From: Pristiophorus japonicus
Taxonomy: Eukaryota
Reading direction: 5' to 3'
Assembly: GCF_044704955.1 (NCBI RefSeq)
Contig: NC_091980.1
Location: 11,222,001 to 11,286,000, forward strand
DNA: 64,000 nt
Shown here: in pieces, positions 13,856-25,061 of the stretch
Numbering within the stretch: the stretch's first letter is position 1
Layout: every line of letters starts with the position of its first letter
Program-made: the position numbers and the translations under genes
The notes under the pieces: generated by a model
The model's database searches: none
Told to the model about the DNA's origin: nothing
What the model saw: the letters and a program-made list of their open reading frames with translations, nothing else

Positions 13856-15350
13856 ATTGAGGAAGGACCTAAAAATGGTTGGGCCTAGGACACTGCTATG
13901 AAGAACTTCTAAAATGATGTCTGGAGCAGGGATGATTGACCTCCAACAACCACAACCATCTTCCTTTGTGCTAGATATGACTCCAGCCAGTGGAGAATTT
14001 TCCTCCTGATTCCCATTTACTTCAATTTTACTGGGGCTCCTTGATGTTGCATTCAGTCCAAAGCTGCCTTGATGTCGAGGGCAGTTACTCTCACCTCACC
14101 TCTGGAATTCTTTTGTCCGTAAGGCTGTAATGAGTTCTGGAGCCAATTGATCCTGGTGGAACACAAATTGAGTACTGGTAAGCAGGTTACTCGTGAGTAA
14201 GTGCCGCTTGATAGCACACTCAATGAAACTTTCCCTAACTTTGCTGATGATTGAGAGTAGAATGATGGGGTGTTAAATGGCTGGATTAGATTTGTCTTGC
14301 GTTCTGTGGACAGGTCATACTTGGGCAGTTTTCAACATTGTCGTATTGATGTCAATCTTGTAGCTGTACTGGAGCAGGTTGGCGGGATGCCCAGTTAGTT
14401 CTGGCGCTCAAATCTTCAGCACGAAAGCCGGAATGTTTTCGGGGCACATAACCTTTGCATTATCCAGTGCACTCAGCCGCTTCTTGATATTATAAAGTGT
14501 GAAACGAATTGGCTGAAGACTGGCTTCTATGATGGTGGAGACCTCAGGAGGAGCCCGATATGGGCCATCCTGGCTGAAGATGGTTGCAAATGCTTGAGCC
14601 TTACCTTTTACACTGGTGTGCTGGGATGTGCCATCATTGAAAATTAGGATATTCAAGGAGCCTCCTCCTCCGGTGAATTGTTTAATTTTCCACCACCATT
14701 CACGAGTGGATGTGGCAGGACTGCAGAGCTTTGTTCTGATTGTGGGATCAAAGCCCTGTTTATAGCATGCTGCTTCAGTTGCTTAGCATGCATATAGTAC
14801 TGTGTTGAAGCTTCTCCAGGTTGCTATCTCATTTTTAGGTATGCCTGGTGCTGTTCCTAGCATGCTCTTCTGCACTCCTCATTGAACCAGTTTTGGTCCC
14901 CTGGCTAGATGGTAATAGTCGAGTAAAGTATATGTCGGGCCATGAGGCTACAGATTGTAGTGGGATACAGTTCTGCTGCTGCTGCTGGCCCACAGCGCCT
15001 CATGGATGCCGAATTTTGAGTTGCTAGACCTGTCCTGAATCTGTCACATTTAGCACGGTAGTGGTGCCACACAGCATGGTGGATGGCGTCTTTAATGTGA
15101 AGACGGGTCTTGGTCTCCAAAATGATTGTCATGGAAAAAAACACATGTGACAGATAGATTGGTGAGGTTAAAGATCAAGTAGGTTTTTTCCGTCAAGTTG
15201 GTGCTCTCGCCAGCTGCTGCCGCCCCAGTCTGGCATCGATATCTTTCAGGACCTGGGCAGTTTTGTAAGTAGTAGAGCTGCATAGCCACTCTTGGTGATA
15301 GACATTGAAGTCCCCCATCCAAAGTACATACTGTGCCTTTGCTACATCTT
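13856..15350 (-). mobile_element. Family-B LINE, 5' continuation (endonuclease/RT)
   Basis: ORFs 14408..14656 (AKVMCPENIPAFVLK) and 15193..15390 (VLWMGDFNVYH). Confidence 0.75.
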
Positions 15351-15632
15351 CAAATTCCCATATCCCACAAACTATACCACAAGTTAACACACTGCTCCAC
15401 TCATTTACCGTATTACTGACCGATCAACAATCTCTATTGATCGCGACTCAAAACTCACATTCAGATGCTCAATATCACCTTCACACACTTATCATTGCTG
15501 CAAGCCTCACACCCACATTTCACAGTTTGCACACATTGCCAGGAATTGAATTATGACCGCCACCTCAACCAACCAAGGTGGACTTCACTTACTGACACAC
15601 TTTCCCATCTCTTCGAGGTGGCGCACAATTGT

Positions 15633-16914
15633 AGGCAGCGGTAGCTACCCGGAGGGACCAGGTGTGTCTCCTTATCCTGATCCCATTCGAAGAGATGGTC
15701 CTTGCCGTAACTGTAGTGACTGTGACTGAGGGCATGGCTAGCAGCGGCACTGAAACCGTTGGATACGACCGTATGCTGACACCTAATTCTCCTTCTCAGA
15801 TCCCACTGTCGCCTCATGCAACAATCACTTCTGATTTACAAGCTGTATAAGGTGTAAGCATGCAGCTCTTGCTTTCCCCCTTCCCCTCACCACCACCCTG
15901 CCCTTGCGCCTTTCTGATTTCAGAGACCCAAGAAATCCAACCTGACCAAGTAGCGGTGCAACAGGAAGAAGAAGAGGAAGAGTAAAGTGATGATGAAATT
16001 CTTGTCACTCGATCTGACACTTGTAGCCACCAGCAGAGATAATGGCACTGCGTGGACTTTAGAATATAGTTTAGCAAGTGCTAAGTCACTGGGAATGAGT
16101 GGGCTGCAGCCAGACCAGGGGAGAGGGTAGCACAAGTACCAGTTCCCAGTGGGTGAGGTCACATGCAGGTTCTGCTGCACAGGACTCAGATGAGGACGTT
16201 GGTGGGCCGGCCTACAGAAAAATGCTGACGGCTATGCAGATCGAAATGCTTGGTGCATTGGCAGGCCTGTGAGAAAGCCTGAATGCAATGTCAAGCAGAA
16301 TGGAGGAGTCCATCTCCAAGTTTGCACAGGGCTTTGCGCAGAGGTTGGAATCGTTATTTCCAGCATGGATGGATGGACATATCCATTGGCGCACTCGTGG
16401 ACCCATCCATCATGCAGCGTCTAATGTTTGATGTCTCAGCTTCCATTGCAGCACAAACACAAGCCATCCAATATCTTAGTGCTGCAATGAAAGCTCAGTT
16501 TGAAGTCATGCAAACTTAGCTTGCTGCCAAGAGGCACAGACTGGTACCAACATGACTGTGTTTACCAGTGTTGAACGGGGTTTGCAGGGTACCACAGCAG
16601 TCCAGCAATCTGTCCTACAGCCGATTACTAAGATTGGCGATGCACTACCCTTGGGGAGTGGCAGTGGCTCTGTGAAGGCTGAACCTGTTTTCCTCTCTCA
16701 GAATGATAGCATTCGTCCAGCCACTCCGCCAGTATCCTTACTGTTGCCTGTCTGCAAGTCTGTCCAGACTGCGGCTGTCTACGCCCAGGTGGGGCAGTCC
16801 GTAGCTGGCTTACTAGGCCCAGAGCTACTCGAATTAATCCAGCACGGTCATCTGCAATTTCCTGCGCTGCAAGCTAGCAGCCTTCCAACAGACATCCTGA
16901 AGCCACTGGGGTAG
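15633..16914 (+). pseudogene. Downstream exons of the Harbinger Myb/SANT-like gene (decayed)
   Basis: Acceptor-like TTTCAG at ~15917-15922, followed by an acidic tract and low-complexity ORFs 16283..16519 and 16552..16914; converges on the transposase. Confidence 0.5.
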
Positions 16915-17149
16915 TACTGCATAGGCATGAGGACAGGCAAAGGCACACTGAAGCCAGGCACTACTGGAATGCACAAGGGTGATTAATTGACTAGAATAAA
17001 TATTGTAATGATTTGATTAATTAAATTGGTCCGAAATGGTTGCTGTATGTTGGTTTTGATTGTAGCATTGTGGCCAAGAGGACGTTGTGATGGTCAGCAT
17101 CAGACTCTAGATAAGGCATGGGACTATTGTTGAATGTGGAATCAGGGTT

Positions 17150-18285
17150 GCATTCAAAGGTGTTGCTGTTGGATGAGTCGATGCTGGACAGCCCAGCAGA
17201 AATGAAATGTTAGGACTGCTTACTCCTCCTCCTCTTCTGATTCGTTCTCCTCCTTTTCCGACTCTACCTCTTATTCCTCCTCTTTCCCCTCTTCATCTTC
17301 CTCCTCCTCATCCTTGCCTGTTGTGTTCTGGTGATGGGCGAGGCTGTGGAACCTGCACCAGACTAGTACGAACCTTAAGGGGAGCTATGATAACTACTGC
17401 AGGGCTGCTCCAGAGTGGTCCAGGCAGCGGAAGCATTGTTTAAGAACGTCAATGATCTCATCTAACAGATGACATGTTTCGTAATCTGCATGCTTTCGTT
17501 ATCTGCATGCTGCTCATGTGTGCGTGAGTTGCGCAATGAAATCACAAGCCAGCTGGTCAGCTTGTCATGGTGGTTAAAATGCTGATGGTGCAGTGGACTA
17601 CCACAGAATGATAGCAATATGGATTGCTTGACACCAAGCATTAACTTTTATGATGTTCTGTGTATAGTCGCACACCAGCTGGATATTGAGGGTGTGGAAT
17701 CTCTTCCGGTTGTGGTTGATCTCCGAATTGAGACACGCCACCTGCAAACCAACATGTGTGCAGTCAATAGCACGCTGCACCATGGAGAAACCTGCTATCC
17801 TGGCAATGCCACGTGCTCGGTCTGCCTGCTTCTCTCTGGCACGAGAGAATGGAATGTATTTAGCTGTCTTTGCATACAGAGCCTCACTCACCTCATGATA
17901 CATGAGTTGATGCTGAAATGAGAGATGTTAGCGATATCATCTGCTGCAGCCGGGAAAGAGTCAGATGCAAATAATTCCAAGGCCACAATCACCTTTACAG
18001 TCACACTATGCTGCCCTCACGCCGGACTGAGACTGCAGATCCGCCTGCAGCAGACGGTAGATTTCAGTGAGCAATTCCTTCGTAAAATAGAGATATGACG
18101 TGCGTTCTTCCTCGCTGAGGTTGAGGTAGGAGAATTGCTCCCTGAAGACCCTGGGTGGAAATAGCCTCCTGCTGGGTGCCTTTCTCCCTCTGCATCATCT
18201 AGAAGCTTGTCGTGCTCTGTGTCGTCTCTGCTCAATCTCCCAGGCATGAAGCAGGCCAAGGAGGGATACCAACGACTGCAGCCAT
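17150..18285 (-). pseudogene. HARBI1-like DDE transposase pseudogene
   Basis: ORF 17598..17903: IAGFSMVQRAIDCTHV...NRKRFHTLNIQLVCD (Harbinger GAIDCTH / NRKGxHSLNVQLVCD motifs). Acidic C-terminal tract at 17220-17310; frameshifted. Confidence 0.88.
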
Positions 18286-18798
18286 GTCTGGGAGCAAGTG
18301 ATCTGAGCAGATTCCTTGCAAGTCAGTACCAAGTCATTGAGCACATGCCACACCAGTCCTTGTAGATTTTACGCAACTTTAAAGAAGCCTAGACAGTACC
18401 AAGCACGACTACAAATTCAGAAAGAGCTAGTAGAAATCAATCATTAACCAACTTATAAGTAGGAGATGATTCCGTAAAATATTGCGGGTGGGGGATCCTT
18501 CCTATTATTGAACGTATATTCAGCTGTTCGAGGTTAAGAGAGAGCATTAGTTCCAGCGCTGAGGTCGAAAATGTCAGCACTGGCGTCAAATCAGCATTTC
18601 ACGTTGATTGATGTCACGATCTGAGTAGTCTGCATATAAAGATCCGGCGCACGCTCCCAGAGCCGACGGTAAAACCCTCACCAAAATGGTGTTCCGCACG
18701 GGTTGGGGCAGAAGAGTGTGAGCGCTGCTCAGACGCAAATTTCGATCCAAATCAGAACCAGCAGCAGCCAAATAATGGGCGGGACTCTACCAAATGTT

Positions 18799-20108
18799 TA
18801 GAAACATAGAAAGATAGAAAATAGCTGCAGGAGCAGGCCATTCGGCACTTCGAGCCTGCACCGCCATTCAATATGATCAGTACCCCACCCCTGCCTTCTG
18901 TCCATATCCCCAGATCCTTTTGGCTGTAAGGGCCACATTTAACTTCCTTTTGAATATGTCCAACGAACTGGACTCAACCAGTTTCTGTGGCAGAGAATTC
19001 CACAGGTTCAAAACGCTGAAGGTGAAAAAATTTCTCCTCATCTCGGTCCTATATGGCTTACCCCTTATCTTTAGACTGTGATCACTGGTTCTGGACTTCC
19101 CCAACATCGGGAACATTCTACCTGCATCTAACCTGTCCAGTCCCGTCAGTCTGGTGAACCTTCGCTGCACTCCTTCAATAGCAAGCACATCCTTCCTCAG
19201 ATTAGTAGAGCAAAACTGCACAAAATATTCAAGGTGTGGTCTCAGCAAAGCCCTGTACAACTGCAGGAAGACCTCCCTGCTCCTATACTCAAATCCCCTC
19301 GCTATGAAGGACAGCATGCCATTTGCTTTCATTAGTGCCTGATGTACCTGCATGCCTACCTTCAATGACTGATGTACCATGACACCCAGGTCATTTTGCA
19401 CCTCCCCTTTTACTAATCTTTCACCATTCAGGTAATAATCTGCCTTCCTGTTTTTGCCACCAAAGTGGATAAATCTCACATTTATCCACATTATACTGCA
19501 TCTGCCATGCACTTGCCCATTCACCTAACCTATCCAAATCCACTTGCAGCCTCTTAGCATCCTCCTCACAGCTCGCTCTGCCACCCAGCTTAGTATCATC
19601 TGCAAATTTGGCGATATTACCTTCAATTCCTTCATCTAAATCATTAATATATATTGTAAATAGCCCCGGTCCCAGCACTGAAACCTGCGGCACCCCACTA
19701 GTCACTGCCTGCCATAGTGAAAAGGGCACGTTTATTCCCACTCTTTGCTTCCTGTCTGTGAACCATTTCTCTATCCACGTCAATACATTACCCCCAATAC
19801 CATGTACCTTAATTTTGCACACTAACCTCTTGTGTGGCACCTTGTCAAAAACCTTTTGAAAGTCCAAATACACCACATCCACTGGCTCTCCCTTATCCAC
19901 TCTACGTCCGCAAAAAACTCTAGAAGATTTGTCAAGCATGGTTTCGCTTTCATAAATCCATGCTATTTCGGACCAATCCTGTCCAGATGCACTGCTATTA
20001 CATCTTTAATAATTGATTCCAGAGGCTAACCGATCTATAATTCGCTGTTTTCTCTCTTCCTCCTTTTTTAAAACGTGGGGTTACATTTGCTAACCTCCAA
20101 TCCATAGG
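18799..20108 (-). mobile_element. CR1 LINE, 5'-truncated, with an internal deletion near 19150
   Basis: Tail at 18799-18825; ORFs 18877..19524 and 19421..19939 carry RT motifs. Confidence 0.9.
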
Positions 20109-20313
20109 ACTCATTTTTAATAGCAATTCCTCTCACTTTTTAACCACTTTTTTGCATCCTATTCAATAACTAGTTATTGGGGCCATTTATATCCTCCCTT
20201 AATTTAGTCCTATGCTCTCCTTTCCTGTTTCGTTTATATTTAGGCTTGTTTCGTTTCCCACAGTGCTCTTGCTAGTTTAAAACCTTCACCACCATCGTAT
20301 TTATGTTTCTGCT

Positions 20314-20731
20314 ACATCGAGGGCCGCCCCGATCTGTGTGAGAACACCACGACAAGTCCGGGCTATAAATAGAGCTGGAGCACCATGGGAGAAAGTGCTG
20401 CAATTGAGGGTATGGCCCCCCGAAGATCCGAGGGCCCAGAGGCAGCACGGGCCTGCCCAGACTACGATATGTCTGTGCACTAAATCCATGCAGCAGAGCA
20501 GGTCTCTAGTCATCCTGATTCAACCCATGCCACTGGATAAATGCCTAGCTCTGTCGAACCCGTGCGGTGGCTCATATGGAATGGTCACCACACATTAAAA
20601 AAATCCATGCACAGGCATCTTCCACCCCCTCAATTGGAGTTCAGAACGCGAACATAGGGTCCTTCATTGAAACATCTGTGAAGTCTTGTGGAAGCAAGTC
20701 ATCCTAGTTTGAGGGATCACCTATGTTGATG
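20314..20731 (+). mobile_element. Non-autonomous RTE-derived retroposon
   Basis: 15-bp TSD ATTTA(T/C)GTTTCTGCT (20299-20313 / 20732-20746); RTE-type 3' end GAAGCAAGTCATCCT...GAGGGA...CTATGTTGATGA. Confidence 0.8.
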
Positions 20732-20746
20732 ATTTACGTTTCTGCT

Positions 20747-20950
20747 GGGGCGATGGTCCCATTCCCGTTCAGTTGGAGCCCGTCCCAGCGGTACAGCTCC
20801 TTCCAGTCCCAGTACTGGTGCCAGTCTCCCAAGAACAAGAACCCATCTTTCCCAGACCAGCTCTTTAGCCACGTGTTAATTCTCCTGATCTGTCTGTTTC
20901 AATGCTAATTTGCAGGCGGTACGGACAATAATCCAGAGATTATTACCCAC
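20747..20950 (-). mobile_element. CR1 ORF1 (SGNH-esterase) fragment
   Basis: Minus-strand translation includes IISGLL...INTWLKSW...GDWHQYW...YRWDGLQLN. Confidence 0.7.
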
Positions 20951-22017
20951 GAGGATAGTCTTCTTGCATTTGCTGGTTACTTTCAATGAATCGTCATTAA
21001 TCACAACTAAATCTGTTTTGTTTTTATTTTTGAATCCCTGCATGCCTGTTTAATATTTCCTTTGGCAATACGCATAGCTTACATAGCAGGTGAAAAATAT
21101 AACCTAACACTTATATTTCTGGTTAAGGCAAAAAAACAAACCTATTCAAATTTTTCCCTTTTTCTAAATGTTATTTTTTTTAATGTTAATGATACATTCA
21201 AAATATAAAGGACAATGCTCATAACGCCCTCTGTAATGGACTAAATAAAACATCCTGCAGTGTCTCTCAATGCACTTGCTCAATGTCTTAATGCGCACAA
21301 GCGTGTCGTACTGGGCGCAAACAAATTAATTGTATTTTCTGAATGCCTTTTGGGCCATTTTAACAGTTACAAAAGTCGATCAAGAAAAGCGCGGTGTGAA
21401 ATAAATAGGAAAAAGACGTTGATATCTTTACAGCTAATTATTCCACATTCAGTTCGTCACGCAAACGCTTTCGTTATGCAGGGAGAGAAGTGCCAGAATG
21501 AAGAGCAGGACATTGCAACATGGGGTAGGAAGGTATGATATTTTTCCATTTGTGTCAGTCGATTAGCAATAAGCTCGTATCTGGTTTGGTATTTTGGTGT
21601 TTACGCTCCCCTTGAAATGCTGAACAGCGGAAGTCTTCACCAATACGCTTACGATATTGTTACGCAAAGCGACCCGACCAATTCCAAAGCAAAATAATTG
21701 GGACAGTATTTTATGACTGAGGATATCTGAGATAGGCAGCAGAAGATAACTGAGATAGGCAGTTGCCGAGATGTTCATTTGCTGTTCATGGCCGCCTCTA
21801 GATTGCATCATGCAAGTCAGGAAATAATGGTTAATTAAACGGGAACATAATCTGGCATGGATCTGGTGCGGAAGATATTATGCGAAAATCAGCAGTCCCG
21901 ACTAAGTAGCAAACATTATACTGCTTGTAAAAATTAGCTACACAATTCCATATGTGTATGGAGATATTGGTCGCATAATTTTAAATAGAAATCATTCCAG
22001 CTTTAAGGAACACTTGG

Positions 22018-22059
22018 TGCAGTTATTGGTTGTGACTCTCTGTGTCGCTGTCGACCAAT
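22018..22059 (+). promoter_or_regulatory. Protocadherin promoter CSE (CGCT box, candidate CTCF site), gene 1
   Basis: TGCAGTTATTGGTTGTGACTCTCTGTGTCGCTGTCGACCAAT about 250 nt upstream of the ATG. Resembles the clustered-Pcdh conserved sequence element and recurs before all three exons. Confidence 0.8.
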
Positions 22060-22307
22060 TAGAATCTGAGACGCTGCCAGAGATCTATCCCCTCCCCCAT
22101 CAGGGAAACACAGACTGAAGAGAAGAGAGAAAGAGAGAGACAGTCTGCGTTTACTCTGTGCGGCCATGCTCAGAAATACGGTCCAGGTTTAATATTTGTA
22201 TTTATCGATTTAAACCGGCGACCGACTATTTGTGGAACAATATTCTTTGGTATATCAACGATTCACAGAGACTTTGATATTTTTACAACTGAATCAGGCC
22301 GAGAACA

Positions 22308-24701
22308 ATGGCGAACACAATCAGCAGCGGGGCGTCTTTCATTTTCCTGCTCTGTGTGTCGAACTTGGTTTCGGGACAGATTCGCTACTCGATTCCCGAG
22401 GAGCTGGAGCACGGGGCCTTTGTGGGGAATATCGCTGAGGATTTAAGACTAAATGTTTGGGAATTATCGGCCCGTAAGTTCCGGCTGGCCTCTGATGAGA
22501 AGACGCATTACATGGAGGTAAATCTGGAGAATGGGATTTTATTTGTTAATGAAAGAATCGACCGAGAAGAGCTCTGTCGACAAAGCACCACCTGTTCCCT
22601 TTCTTTGCGAATTGCGATGGATAATCCTTTGGCGATGCATCGAGTTGTAGTGGAAATATTCGACGTAAATGATAATTCACCTAATTTTTTCCAGGACGAA
22701 TTTTCTCTGCAAATCAGTGAGTTAATTGCGCCGGGGTCGCGATTCCCCCTCGGGAGCGCGCACGACCCGGACGTGGGCACAAACACAATCAGCACTTATC
22801 AGATCAGTCCAAACGAGTACTTCGGTCTTAAAGTGCAAACGAGAAATGATGGGAGTAAAAGTGCGGAGCTGTTATTAGAGAATACCTTGGACCGAGAACA
22901 ACAGTCAACATTTGATCTTGTACTGACGGCCATTGACGGTGGGATTCCCCACAGATCTGGCATAGCTCGGATTATCATTGCTGTGGTGGATGTCAATGAT
23001 AACGCACCTATATTCGATCACGAAATATACAGGGCGACAGTAGCAGAGAACGCCGCTAAAGGTACGTTAGTTACCAAAATCAACGCTGCTGATTTGGATG
23101 AAGGCACGAACGCTGATCTAACATATTCTTTCGCCAATCACGTTTCATACAAGATTCGCGAAATTTTCAAATTGGAAATGGAAACTGGAGAGATCAGAGT
23201 TGAAGGAGTACTGGATTTTGAAGAATCAAGTGTTTATGAACTTGATGTACAAGCTGTGGACAATGGTCCAGCTAACATGACAGGGCACGCCAAAGTTATG
23301 GTCGCAATAATTGATGTTAATGACAATTTCCCCGTGGTAGAGGTGACTTCGGTAACCAGCAGGGTCGCCGAAGATGCAATACCTGGGACAGTAATAGCTG
23401 TCATCAGTGTCACAGATTTAGATTCGGGGGAAAATGGGCAGGTACAGTGTCAAGTTCCTGGAGTTGTTCCATTCAAACTTCAAAAATCTTCAAGGAATGA
23501 GTATCAATTGGTAACACGCGATATTCTCAATCGGGAAAATGCCCCGCTCTACAACATCTCTATTTCAGCCTGGGATGGCGGGTCACCCCCTCTTTCAACA
23601 AGTAAAACTATCTTGCTTTCAGTTTCTGATGTGAATGACAACGCACCTACGTTCACACAATCCTCATATAACGTTTATCTGATGGAGAACAACACTCCAG
23701 GTGCTTCTATATTTGCTGTTACCGCTTTAGATCTTGATTTGGACCAGAATGCTGACCTTGTCTATTCTATTCCGGAAAATCTGTTACAAGGGCTACCTGG
23801 TTATGCATACGTCACGATTAACTCCAGAAATGGTAACATTTACGCGCTGCGCTCCTTTGACTATGAGCAAGTGAAACATTTCCAGATCAAAGTTCAAGCC
23901 CAGGATGCTGGCTCTCCCCCACTGAGCAGCATCGCCACCGTGAATGTTATTATCTTGGACCAAAATGACAATGCTCCGGTTATTGTTTCACCTTTAACGT
24001 GGAACAGTTCAGCATCAGTGGAGATTGTGCCTCAGTCTGTGTATCGAGGATACCTGCTCATCAAGGTAATCGCCGCTGATGCTGATTCCGGTCAGAACGC
24101 ACGGCTTTCCTACCAACTGTTGGAGGCCACTGATCCCAGTCTGTTTACTGTGGGGCTTCTATCTGGGGAAATCAGAGCAACTCGACGATTTAGGGACCAA
24201 GACATCATCGCAGAAAGACTGGTCCTCTGTGTGAAGGACAATGGCCAGCCGAGTTTCTCCAGTACCGTCACAATCTCCTTTTCAATCGTCTCCAATGTTA
24301 CTGAAAAATCGTCTGAGCGAAGCGACGAACCCTTTCATTCGGAGGATTTTAATGATCTAAATCGTTATTTAATCATCATTTTAGGATCAACTTCGTTTTT
24401 GTTTCTTGTAACTATCATATTTCTGGTCGTCTTGAAATGTAAACAAGATAGAAATATTGCTGAAGGTAACAGCTGCACAATCTTTTGCTGCCGACGGAGG
24501 AATTCGAAAGCCCCCTCTTATCGGACACCTGCTCCAAACCAACCATTTAATTATACCGGGCCTGTTCAGACTGAAGAATACCAGTATACCGTGTGTTTAT
24601 CACCAGAATCATCCAAGAGCGATTTTCTGTTTCTGAAACCCTGTCATCCTACCTTGCCTTTCAATGAAGTGAGTGCGCGGGATACCAAAGCGATGGCATA
24701 A
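22308..24701 (+). CDS. Clustered protocadherin variable exon 1 (signal peptide, EC1-EC6, TM, variable cytoplasmic part); spliced exon probably ends at 24668
   Basis: 797-aa ORF: QIRYSIPEE start of EC1, EC1 Cys-x5-Cys (CRQSTTC), repeated DxNDN/LDRE/DxD motifs, TM YLIIILGSTSFLFLVTIIFLVVL, tail YTVCLSPESSKSDFLFLKP. Subfamily cannot be assigned by eye. Confidence 0.97.
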   Translation: MANTISSGASFIFLLCVSNLVSGQIRYSIPEELEHGAFVGNIAEDLRLNVWELSARKFRLASDEKTHYMEVNLENGILFVNERIDREELCRQSTTCSLSLRIAMDNPLAMHRVVVEIFDVNDNSPNFFQDEFSLQISELIAPGSRFPLGSAHDPDVGTNTISTYQISPNEYFGLKVQTRNDGSKSAELLLENTLDREQQSTFDLVLTAIDGGIPHRSGIARIIIAVVDVNDNAPIFDHEIYRATVAENAAKGTLVTKINAADLDEGTNADLTYSFANHVSYKIREIFKLEMETGEIRVEGVLDFEESSVYELDVQAVDNGPANMTGHAKVMVAIIDVNDNFPVVEVTSVTSRVAEDAIPGTVIAVISVTDLDSGENGQVQCQVPGVVPFKLQKSSRNEYQLVTRDILNRENAPLYNISISAWDGGSPPLSTSKTILLSVSDVNDNAPTFTQSSYNVYLMENNTPGASIFAVTALDLDLDQNADLVYSIPENLLQGLPGYAYVTINSRNGNIYALRSFDYEQVKHFQIKVQAQDAGSPPLSSIATVNVIILDQNDNAPVIVSPLTWNSSASVEIVPQSVYRGYLLIKVIAADADSGQNARLSYQLLEATDPSLFTVGLLSGEIRATRRFRDQDIIAERLVLCVKDNGQPSFSSTVTISFSIVSNVTEKSSERSDEPFHSEDFNDLNRYLIIILGSTSFLFLVTIIFLVVLKCKQDRNIAEGNSCTIFCCRRRNSKAPSYRTPAPNQPFNYTGPVQTEEYQYTVCLSPESSKSDFLFLKPCHPTLPFNEVSARDTKAMA
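24669..24674 (+). promoter_or_regulatory. 5' splice donor of variable exon 1
   Basis: GAA|GTGAGT after codon 787 (phase 0); same position in all three exons. Confidence 0.8.
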
Positions 24702-25061
24702 CTTAGAAAGCAACTTTTATGCTGACAGGTAATTCACTCTGCTGAAGAGTTATATGCTATGTGATCAATTAGAAAGTAAGTTTTCTGCATTTGTCTCAAT
24801 CCTCACATTACTAGTAGAGGGCTTGATAGGGGAAATTTGCTTCATGTTGTTCCTATAAGGGGTGGTAAATATTTCTGCCGCTTTTCTGACAGACCTGAGT
24901 CGCTCACACCCAACTAACCTTAGCATGAAACCTGGCTTCTAATTGTTTCAATTTCTGCTTTGCTGAAGCACATAATGAACATGTCGTTTCTCTCTGCGCT
25001 GCTGTGTTAGTGTTGTATCGCATGTGTATTTTACTGGTTATATCTTAAGACATATATATAT

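Larger units (their letters stand above)
7922..18750. mobile_element. Decayed autonomous PIF/Harbinger transposon (convergent Myb/SANT gene + DDE transposase) inflated by nested LINEs
   Basis: Myb-like exon at ~8215-8449 (+), further Myb-gene pieces at ~15630-16914 (+), transposase at ~17150-18285 (-). Weak TIR-like ends TTGGGCTAAAAAATTG and CAAATTTCGATCCAA. Confidence 0.65.

Noticed and set aside
19130-19165. In-frame, splice-like deletion in CR1 (RFTRL|TGLDRL)
   Set aside because: Falls between CTGA direct repeats without GT-AG ends; ordinary microhomology deletion.
22921-22950. Possible exonic CTCF site (ACGGCCATTGACGGTGGG) like the Pcdh-alpha eCBS
   Set aside because: Weak match, fully explained by coding constraint (TAIDGG); needs a PWM scan or ChIP.
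22508-22996. Antisense ORFs recurring inside each Pcdh exon (also 36623-37231, 54088-54705)
   Set aside because: Shadow frames of the cadherin codon pattern; their recurrence follows from paralogy.
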